DNA of 59,109 nt from positions 1 to 59,109 of the forward strand of contig JAHBMJ010000032.1 in assembly GCA_018398765.1 (NCBI GenBank). Direction: 5' to 3'. Position numbers and translations under genes: made by a program. Numbering within the stretch: the stretch's first letter is position 1; every line of letters starts with the position of its first letter. Below are positions 1-9,044 of this stretch, in pieces. Below the pieces are notes generated by a model, which was not told the origin of the DNA, searched no databases, and was given only the letters and a program-made list of their open reading frames with translations. This stretch comes from Chromera velia (Eukaryota).

Positions 1-1658
1 GACACGTTACACAGCTGATGCAGGGATGCTGTTAGACAGACGCCTCTCTCAGATGAGCTTTCCTGCCAAGCTGGCCTGTCTCTGGACCTTTGCAGAGTCA
101 ATCCCCCCCAAACAGGCCTGGGCGTTGCTCTATACGAAAGGAGTGAAGGAATTCGAGTTTTCTGTAAAACAGGTGCGCAGATTCTATCGGCACGTCCGCA
201 CCTATGTACAGGAATATAACCTCCTGGAAGAAAGTCTGGGGGGGGGCAGACTCGGAGGCCGCCACACCTGCGAAAAAGGAGACGAATGTGACTGCCCGGG
301 AGTGCGAAAGGAAGATCTGAAGGACCATCTGTTTGGAAAGTCAACCGAGTGGAGAACTCCTCCCCCCCCAGGATAAGAGAAGAACGGAAAGAGGGCCCTG
401 CTCACCTGTGTTCAGGTTGATGAAAGTCAGTTAGTCAGACTTTTAATGACTCCCTGTCTCCCCCTGCACGCCAGATGCCAGTGTTTGCCCTTGGAAGTCA
501 GGTGCCTGCCAGTGTGTCCTCGAGTCTGCATGCAAGTATCCAGACACAAAGTACATCAATCAATCGATCGATGAATTATAGTTGCACAGTCAGTCAGTCA
601 GATCAGTCAAATTGAATCATGCACTAATTGCAAATTGATGGAGCATTATTCTTTGTGTGCTTCGTTCACTTTGTGTGTGCCTGCCTGCTTGCAGTCTGTA
701 TGCAGACGCACTTCAAAAAGAAGAAACAAGTAGCACGCGAGACGGGTCAGCCAGTCCGAAAGCAGACTCAGCTTGAGAATTGGGTTTGCGGATGTGTGGA
801 TCAACACACAGGCAGATTTCGTTTTCGCATCTTGCCAGAAGGAAGGTGCACGCGCAACAAAGACGAGCTGATGGGCTTTGTTTTGGATGTCTGCGATGCA
901 TGTACGTTTCTTGTATTAGATGCATTGAAGGCGTATTGCCCTCGCACACTTGTACGCGAAGCCATCTTGCATGAAAGTGTGAAGCATAGAGGGGGGAAAT
1001 TGCTTTCAGACAAAACTGATCAAAGTGGGGCAGCTCTCCATACACAACAGATTGAGTCTTTGTGGAGGCGGATTCGTTTTTTTTTGGCTGTGTACAATTT
1101 GCAGAGGCAGCAACCGAGGGGGGACTACCGGTGCCCAGCCGTCTGCGCGAGGAACAGAGATCTGGCTCCGCTTTGAGCTGCCCTGAAGCTACTCGTCAGC
1201 CTCCGCTCTGCGCATATCTGCATGAGTGGCAGTTCAAGTGGAATGAGAAAGTTTTCCAGCATCCCCAGTCAGGATTTGCAAAGCTGATCCGTGTAATCAG
1301 GTTTGTTCAGCCAGTGTTGGGGATGGTTGCTCCTGTGAGAAGGAAAAAAGCATGCAGGACGGCGGGGCAAGGAAGAAACGATGAGACAGAAACAGAGACC
1401 GAGACAGAAGAAGAAGGAAGACAGGGTCGGCTGAAAAGAACACGTCACTCTGCTTGTGGTCATAGGACTGACCAGCAAAATCAGTTGCATGCACATGCAT
1501 GCGACTGCGTTGGTGGGGATCGGGGGGCCGGTGGGGGTTCTTCTGCTTCTTTCTCCCAAGTGTCTGTGCTGCCTTTAGAACCTTCTGCACTGCTGCCTGC
1601 CGGGCCACCCGTTCGTAGCGAGAGATCTGCAGACAGAGAGGGAGAGATGAGAGATTAA
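1..1658 (+). pseudogene. Merlin/ISXO2 transposase copy 1, disrupted
   Basis: CAA>TAA nonsense at 374, S>L next to the second catalytic Asp (LVLDA vs LVSDA), and a 1-bp deletion near 1126 (GGACTA vs GGACCTA) that shifts frame. Confidence 0.85.
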
Positions 1659-2320
1659 TGCATATGTGTATTGAATTTCATGCGTGAGAATTAAATGGCA
1701 TTGCATGAAAAAAGAATATAGGGGGCAGGGGGTGGGTAGGGAAGGTAACGTACCTGAGAGGGTTGAAGGGAAGTGTGTGTGCAGTGCTCGTGCCCTTTCT
1801 TCTGATGGCACGATTTGCAGAGGAGTTCACAGCACTCGAACTCGATGAGGAATGACTTCAGCGTCTCCTTTGCACCAACTAGATCCACTGGCCAATAAAA
1901 AGTAGACAAAGAAGTCTTCAGTTCTCCCTCTCCGTGTGTATGTGCATGTGTCCCGCCACGCAGTTCCGGTAGAGGAAGTGCAGTGTGATGGAAGTCACCT
2001 CCATAAACAAACAATACAAAAGGATTATCTGAAGATCCATTATTCTCTCCTTCATCATCATTTTCTCTTTCTTTTTCTCTTATCTTTCTTTCTCTTGAAA
2101 GGTCTGTTTCGCAGTTTTTACATCGATTCTGATGTGCCTGACGGCACGGAGTCAACATTAGCCTTCTTCTTTCATCCTTATGCCACTCTCCCCAGTATAC
2201 ATTTTCTATGAAAGAAGTCAAAATATCTTTTACCTCATCTTTTTGTACTGTTCTCTCTGTATATATAGATAGAAGCTTGGAAAACTCTGTTTCTGCTGCC
2301 TGAGACCTTGTTAAAACCAT
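1297..2320 (-). CDS. HNH endonuclease-like protein copy 1 (exons 2320-1754 and 1626-1297, ~298 aa if spliced)
   Basis: Motif order CKNCET...DFHH...IEFECCELLCKSCHQKKGH matches zinc-binding HNH nucleases (CxxC...FHH...CxLLCxxCH). Phase-0 intron CAG|GTACGT ... pyrimidine tract CTGCAG|ATC joins in frame to ORF 1297-1608. Confidence 0.7.
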
Positions 2321-2466
2321 TTTGGCTTACAAAGTTTTCTTCTCAATGATGACCCTATACACCTTCCTCATATACACATTCTCTTTTCATTCAATCTATT
2401 CTTGTATCTTGGAAGATCTCTCTGTACGCGTGTTGACTGTGTTATTTCATACAACATGCGTCTGTA

Positions 2467-2621
2467 GCTAGAGAGCTTAGCCGAGCTTAAAGTGGTAAGC
2501 CGGCAGGCCCCTGGCCCTAGCGTTTTATTCTGTGTATGGGCGAGCCGCTAAGCAATTGTGGCGGCGCCCACTGGGTTCTCATCCTAGGGTTTCCAGCCAA
2601 CCCTCAAATATGCATCAAACC
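2467..2621 (+). ncRNA. Putative structured RNA at the transposon right end (also at 5586-5740 and 8680-8834)
   Basis: Nested stems with G-U pairs on the + strand: GCTAG/CTAGC, GCCG-GCTTA/TAAGC-CGGC, GGCC/GGCC, TGTGTAT/ATATGCA, GGGCG-GCCGC/GTGGC-CGCCC, CTGGG/CCTAG, GGTT/AACC. Fold inferred by eye; no expression evidence. Confidence 0.4.
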
Positions 2622-2897
2622 CTCGGCTTGAAGCCCTCAGATGAGAGGTTGGCCCCGAAAAGCTAGCTTCATACACTAAAAAAAAAAATGAGTTTGATTT
2701 TTTTTTAAATTCTGATTTTATAGTTTTTGTAGAGTTTTTCATAGGTTTTCAAACATTTTTTAAAACTTGAAATAAAATTGTAAAATAAAAAAGTAAAGAA
2801 ATGTCCTAAGGTGAGAAACCGTTCGATCCTCTAGAATTTTTCTAAAACTTTTATGATAGCGATGTTTCAATTCTATCTAGAACAGTAGAAAAACAAC

Positions 2898-4678
2898 ATG
2901 AAACCAGAAGAGATCACCTCATTAATTAGCGTGTTGGACTTTGTCCGCAACACGCCTCCTGCTGAGCTCTTCGACATTCTCTGTCAGTGGAGCCTCCTCT
3001 CAAAGGAAAAAACTTGCGATTGTGGGAAAGTATTCAAAACGTGGAAAAAGATCTCTGAAGAGGTTTCCTCTTTTCAGAGCTTTCTCGAAAAGAACTACGG
3101 AAAGTGTACCTGCAGATCGACACGTTACACAGCTGATGCAGGGATGCTGTTAGACAGACGCCTCTCTCAGATGAGCTTTCCTGCCAAGCTGGCCTGTCTC
3201 TGGACCTTTGCAGAGTCAATCCCCCCCAAACAGGCCTGGGCGTTGCTCTATACGAAAGGAGTGAAGGAATTCGAGTTTTCTGTAAAACAGGTGCGCAGAT
3301 TCTATCGGCACGTCCGCACCTATGTACAGGAATATAACCTCCTGGAAGAAAGTCTGGGGGGGGGCAGACTCGGAGGCCGCCACACCTGCGAAAAAGGAGA
3401 CGAATGTGACTGCCCGGGAGTGCGAAAGGAAGATCTGAAGGACCATCTGTTTGGAAAGTCAACCGAGTGGAGAACTCCTCCCCCCCCAGGACAAGAGAAG
3501 AACGGAAAGAGGGCCCTGCTCACCTGTGTTCAGGTTGATGAAAGTCAGTCAGTCAGACTTTTGATGACTCCCTGTCTCCCCCTGCACGCCAGATGCCAGT
3601 GTTTGCCCTTGGAAGTCAGGTGCCTGCCAGTGTGTCCTCGAGTCTGCATGCAAGTATCCAGACACAAAGTATATCAATCGATCGATCGATGAATTATAGT
3701 TGCACAGTCAGTCAGTCAGATCAGTCAAATTGAATCATGCACTAATTGCAAATTGATGGAGCATTATTCTTTGTGTGCTTCGTTCACTTTGTGTGTGCCT
3801 GCCTGCTTGCAGTCTGTATGCAGACGCACTTCAAAAAGAAAAAACAAGTAGCACGCGAGACGGGTCAGCCAGTCAGAAAGCAGACCCAGCTTGAGAATTG
3901 GGTTTGCGGATGTGTGGATCAACACACAGGCAGATTTCGTTTTCATATCTTGCCAGAAGGAAGGTGCGCGCGCAACAAAGACGAGCTGACGGGCTTTGTT
4001 TTAGATGTCTGCGATGCATGTACGTTTCTTGTATCAGATGCATTGAAGGCGTATTGCCCTCGCACGCTTGCACGCAAAGCCATCTTACATGAAAGTGTGA
4101 AGCATAGAGGGGGGAAATTGCTTTCAAACAAAACTGATCAAAGTGGGGCAGCTCTCCATACACAACAGATTGAGTCTCTGTGGAGGCGCATTCGTTTTTT
4201 TTTGGCTGTGTACAATTTGCAGAGGCAGCAACCGAGGGGGGACCTACCGGTGCCCAGCCGTCTGCGCGAGGAACAGAGATCTGGCTCCGCTTTGAGCTGC
4301 CCTGAAGCTGCTCGTCAGCCTCCGCTCTGCGCATATCTGCATGAGTGGCAGTTCAAGTGGAATGAGAAAGTTTTCCAGCATCCCCAGTCAGGATTTGCAA
4401 AGCTGATCCGTGTAATTAGGTTTGTTCAGCCAGTGTTGGGGATGGTTGCTCCTGTGAGAAGGAAAAAAGCATGCGGGACGGTGGGGCAAGGAAGAAACGA
4501 TGAGACAGAAACAGAGACCGAGACAGAAGAAGAAGGAAGACAGGGTCGGCTGAAAAGAACACGTCACTCTGCTTGTAGTTATGGGACTGACCAGCAAAAT
4601 CAGTTGCATGCACATGTATGCGACTGCGTTGGTGGGGATTGGGGGGCCGGTGGGGGTTCTTCTGCTTCTTTCTCCTAA
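2898..4678 (+). CDS. Merlin/ISXO2-like (IS1595 family) DDE transposase copy 2, one intron (~3544/3552 to ~3812/3823)
   Basis: N-terminal Zn-ribbon-like LLSKEKTCDCGK...KCTC, then VQVDES, WVCGCVD, LVSDALKAY, HESVKH, HTQQIESLW and YLHEWQFKWN, the canonical ISXO2/Merlin motif series. Exact splice sites are ambiguous (two in-frame GT-AG pairs). A CAA>TAA at 4676 trims only the tail. Confidence 0.88.
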
Positions 4679-5439
4679 GTGTCTGTGCTGCCTTTAGAAC
4701 CTTCTGCACTGCTGCCTGCCGGGCCACCCGTTCGTAGCGAGAGATCTGCAGACAGAGAGGGAGAGATGAGAAATTAATGCATATGTGTATTGAATTTCAT
4801 GCGTGAAAATTAAATGGCATTGCATGAAAAAAGAATATAGGGGGCAGGGGGTGGGTAGGGAAGGTAACGTACCTGAGAGGGTTGAAGGGAAGTGTGTGTG
4901 CAGTGCTCGTGCCCTTTCTTCTGATGGCACGATTTGCAGAGGAGTTCACAGCACTCGAACTCGATGAGGAATGACTTCAGCGTCTCCTTTGCACCAACTA
5001 GATCCACTGGCCAATAAAAAGTAGACAAAGAAGTCTTCAGTTCTCCCTCTCCGTATGTGTGTGCATGTATCCCGCCACGCAGTTCCAGTAGAGGAAGTGC
5101 AGTATGATGGAAGTCACCTCCATAAACAAACAATACAAAAGGATTATCTGAAGATCCATTATTCTCTCCTTCATCATCATTTTCTCTTTCTTTTTCTCTT
5201 ATCTTTCTTTCTCTCGAAAGGTCTGTTCCGCAGTCTTTACATCGATTCTGATGTGCCTGACGGCACGGAGTCAACATTAGCCTTCTTCTTTCATCCTTAT
5301 GCCACTCTCCCCAGTATACATTTTCTATGAAAGAAGTCAAAATATCTTTTACCTCATCTTTTTGTACTGTTCTCTCTGTATATATAGATAGAAGCTTGGA
5401 AAACTCTGTTTCTGCTGCCTGAGACCTTGTTAAAACCAT
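4416..5439 (-). CDS. HNH endonuclease-like protein copy 2 (exons 5439-4873 and 4745-4416)
   Basis: CKDCG...DFHH...CELLCKSCH motif, intact ATG, phase-0 GT-AG intron 4746-4872. Confidence 0.72.
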
Positions 5440-6016
5440 TTTGGCTTACAAAGTTTTCTTCTCAATGATGACCCTATACACCTTCCTCATATACACATTC
5501 TCTTTTCATTCAATCTATTCTTGTATCTTGGAAGATCTCTCTGTACGCGTGTTGACTGTGTTATTTCATACAACATGCGTCTGTAGCTAGAGAGCTTAGC
5601 CGAGCTTAAAGTGGTAAGCCGGCAGGCCCCTGGCCCTAGCGTTTTATTCTGTGTATGGGCGAGCCGCTAAGCAATTGTGGCGGCGCCCACTGGGTTCTCA
5701 TCCTAGGGTTTCCAGCCAACCCTCAAATATGCATCAAACCCTCGGCTTGAAGCCCTCAGATGAGAGGTTGGCCCCGAAAAGCTAGCTTCATACACTAAAA
5801 AAAAAAATGAGTTTGATTTTTTTTTAAATTCTGATTTTATAGTTTTTGTAGAGTTTTTCATAGGTTTTCAAACATTTTTTAAAACTTGAAATAAAATTGT
5901 AAAATAAAAAAGTAAAGAAATGTCCTAAGGTGAGAAACCGTTCGATCCTCTAGAATTTTTCTAAAACTTTTATGATAGCGATGTTTCAATTCTATCTAGA
6001 ACAGTAGAAAAACAAC

Positions 6017-7882
6017 ATGAAACCAGAAGAGATCACCTCATTAATTAGCGTGTTGGACTTTGTCCGCAACACGCCTCCTGCTGAGCTCTTCGACATTCTC
6101 TGTCAGTGGAGCCTCCTCTCAAAGGAAAAAACTTGCGATTGTGGGAAAGTATTCAAAACGTGGAAAAAGATCTCTGAAGAGGTTTCCTCTTTTCAGAGCT
6201 TTCTCGAAAAGAACTACGGAAAGTGTACCTGCAGATCGACACGTTACACAGCTGATGCAGGGATGCTGTTAGACAGACGCCTCTCTCAGATGAGCTTTCC
6301 TGCCAAGCTGGCCTGTCTCTGGACCTTTGCAGAGTCAATCCCCCCCAAACAGGCCTGGGCGTTGCTCTATACGAAAGGAGTGAAGGAATTCGAGTTTTCT
6401 GTAAAACAGGTGCGCAGATTCTATCGGCACGTCCGCACCTATGTACAGGAATATAACCTCCTGGAAGAAAGTCTGGGGGGGGGCAGACTCGGAGGCCGCC
6501 ACACCTGCGAAAAAGGAGACGAATGTGACTGCCCGGGAGTGCGAAAGGAAGATCTGAAGGACCATCTGTTTGGAAAGTCAACCGAGTGGAGAACTCCTCC
6601 CCCCCCAGGACAAGAGAAGAACGGAAAGAGGGCCCTGCTCACCTGTGTTCAGGTTGATGAAAGTCAGTCAGTCAGACTTTTGATGACTCCCTGTCTCCCC
6701 CTGCACGCCAGATGCCAGTGTTTGCCCTTGGAAGTCAGGTGCCTGCCAGTGTGTCCTCGAGTCTGCATGCAAGTATCCAGACANNNNNNNNNNATGAATT
6801 ATAGTTGCACAGTCAGTCAGTCAGATCAGTCAAATTGAATCATGCACTAATTGCAAATTGATGGAGCATTATTCTTTGTGTGCTTCGTTCACTTTGTGTG
6901 TGCCTGCCTGCTTGCAGTCTGTATGCAGACGCACTTCAAAAAGAAGAAACAAGTAGCACGCGAGACGGGTCAGCCAGTCCGAAAGCAGACTCAGCTTGAG
7001 AATTGGGTTTGCGGATGTGTGGATCAACACACAGGCAGATTTCGTTTTCGCATCTTACCAGAAGGAAGGTGCGCGCGCAACAAAGACGAGCTGACGGGCT
7101 TTGTTTTGGATGTCTGCGATGCATGTACATTTCTTGTATCAGATGCATTGAAGGCGTATTGCCCTCGCACGCTTGCATGCGAAGCCATCTTGCATGAAAG
7201 TGTGAAGCATAGAGGGGGGAAATTGCTTTCAGACAAAACTGATCAAAGTGGGGCGGCTCTCCATACACAACAGATTGAGTCTCTGTGGAGGCGCATTCGT
7301 TTTTTTTTGGCTGTGTACAATTTGCAGAGGCAGCAACCGAGGGGGGACCTACCGGTGCCCAGCCGTCTGCGCGAGGAACAGAGATCTGGCTCCGCTTTGA
7401 GCTGCCCTGAAGCTGCTCGTCAGCCTCCGCTCTGCGCATATCTGCATGAGTGGCAGTTCAAGTGGAATGAGAAAGTTTTCCAGCATCCCCAGTCAGGATT
7501 TGCAAAGCTGATCCGTGTAATCAGGTTTGTTCAGCCAGTGTTGGGGATGGTTGCTCCTGTGAGAAGGAAAAAAACATGTGGGACGGCGGGGCAAGGAAGA
7601 AACGATGAAACAGAAACAGAGACCGAGACAGAAGAAGAAGGAAGACAGGGTCGGCTGAAAAGAACACGTCACTCTGCTTGTGGTCATAGGACTGACCAGC
7701 AAAATCAGTTGCATGCACATGCATGCGACTGCGTTGGTGGGGATCGGGGGGCCGGTGGGGGTTCTTCTGCTTCTTTCTCCCAAGTGTCTGTGCTGCCTTT
7801 AGAACCTTCTGCACTGCTGCCTGCCGGGCCACCCGTTCGTAGCGAGAGATCTGCAGACAGAGAGGGAGAGATGAGAGATTAA
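6017..7882 (+). CDS. Merlin/ISXO2-like transposase copy 3 (apparently intact; N gap falls within the intron)
   Basis: ORFs 6017-6838 and 6851-7882 together carry all DDE motifs without stops. Confidence 0.85.
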
Positions 7883-8533
7883 TGCATATGTGTATTGAAT
7901 TTCATGCGTGAGAATTAAATGGCATTGCATGAAAAAAGAATATAGGGGGCAGGGGGTGGGTAGGGAAGGTAACGTACCTGAGAGGGTTGAAGGGAAGTGT
8001 GTGTGCAGTGCTCGTGCCCTTTCTTCTGATGGCACGATTTGCAGAGGAGTTCACAGCACTCGAACTCAATGAGGAATGACTTCAGCGTCTCCTTTGTACC
8101 AACTAAATCCACTGGCCAATAAAAAGTAGACAAAGAAGTCTTCAGTTCTCCCTCTCCGTATGTGTGTGCATGTGTCCCGCCACGCAGTTCCGGTAGAGGA
8201 AGTGCAGTATGATGGAAGTCACCTCCATAAACAAATAATACAAAAGAATTATCTGAAGATCTATTATTCTCTCCTTCATCATCATTTTCTCTTTCTTTTT
8301 CTCTTATCTTTCTTTCTCTCGAAAGGTCTGTTCCGCAGTCTTTACATCGATTCTGATGTGCCTGACGGCACGGAGTCAACATTAGCCTTCTTCTTTCATC
8401 CTTATGCCACTCTCCCCAGTATACATTTTCTATGAAAGAAGTCAAAATATCTTTTACCTCATCTTTTTGTACTGTTCTCTCTGTATATATAGATATAAGC
8501 TGTTTCTGCTGTCTGAGACCTTGTTAAAACTAT
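7521..8533 (-). pseudogene. HNH endonuclease-like gene copy 3, 5'-disrupted
   Basis: ATG lost (CCAT>CTAT at 8531) and an ~11-bp deletion near 8500; the HNH motif is retained downstream. Confidence 0.7.
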
Positions 8534-9044
8534 TTTGGCTTACAAAGTTTTCTTCTCAATGATAACCCTATACACCTTCCTCATATATATATTCTCTTTT
8601 CATTCAATCTATTCTTGTATCTTGGAAGATCTCTCTGTACGCGTGTTGACTGTGTTATTTCATACAACATGCGTCTGTAGCTAGAGAGCTTAGCCGAGCT
8701 TAAAGTGGTAAGCCGGCAGGCCCCTGGCCCTAGCGTTTTATTCTGTGTATGGGCGAGCCGCTAAGCAATTGTGGCGGCGCCCACTGGGTTCTCATCCTAG
8801 GGTTTCCAGCCAACCCTCAAATATGCATCAAACCCGCCGCGGCCGCCATGCGCGGCCGCCGCGCCGCCGCCTCCATGCAGCCGTTTCATGCAGGGGGCCG
8901 ACGTCATTCCGAGGGGGTAGAGTCTTCGAACTTTCAGCAGCGAAGGACCTTATCCATCTTCGAGCATACACTAGAGTGGTGTGCCTTTTTCAACAGTCTG
9001 CAACTGATCCAGAAGGACAACGTCGAGAATACCTGGCCAGCACA

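Larger units (their letters stand above)
1..2621 (+). mobile_element. Merlin/ISXO2-like DDE transposon copy 1 (5' truncated by the window edge)
   Basis: Same content as copies 2 and 3; ends with the right terminal repeat ...GCATCAAACC. Confidence 0.85.
2625..5740 (+). mobile_element. Merlin/ISXO2-like DDE transposon copy 2 (complete unit)
   Basis: Begins GGCTTGAAGC...TGAGAGGTTGGC...GCTAG and ends CTAG...GCCAACCCTCA...GCATCAAACC, forming imperfect ~40-bp TIRs with GG/CC termini. Encodes an ISXO2-type transposase. Confidence 0.88.
1..8834 (+). repeat. Head-to-tail tandem array of >=3 copies of a ~3.12-kb transposon unit (left end runs off the window)
   Basis: The sequence at 1 recurs at 3119 and 6238 (period 3118-3119). 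Similarity ends abruptly after ...ATATGCATCAAACC(C) at 8834/8835. Copies differ by SNPs and indels. There is an N gap at 6784-6793. Confidence 0.97.
5744..8834 (+). mobile_element. Merlin/ISXO2-like DDE transposon copy 3 (terminal copy)
   Basis: Same TIRs as copy 2; the right end abuts unique GC-rich flank CGCCGCGGCCGCC. Confidence 0.88.

Noticed and set aside
1691..2320. Calling the accessory ORF IscB, TnpB or Fanzor
   Set aside because: No PLMP or RuvC I/II/III motifs are recognisable; only an HNH-type motif is supported.
2531..2614. tRNA gene (cloverleaf-like four-way junction)
   Set aside because: Arm lengths do not fit and there is no T-loop GTTCRA or D-loop consensus.
1..8834. Array as a pure assembly artefact
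   Set aside because: Copies carry distinct, context-biased substitutions and indels. Copy number stays uncertain because of the N gap and identical stretches.
8745..9044. Upstream extension of ORF 8745-9299 from inside the transposon end
   Set aside because: It starts at GTG within the element; the signal peptide begins at ATG 9045.
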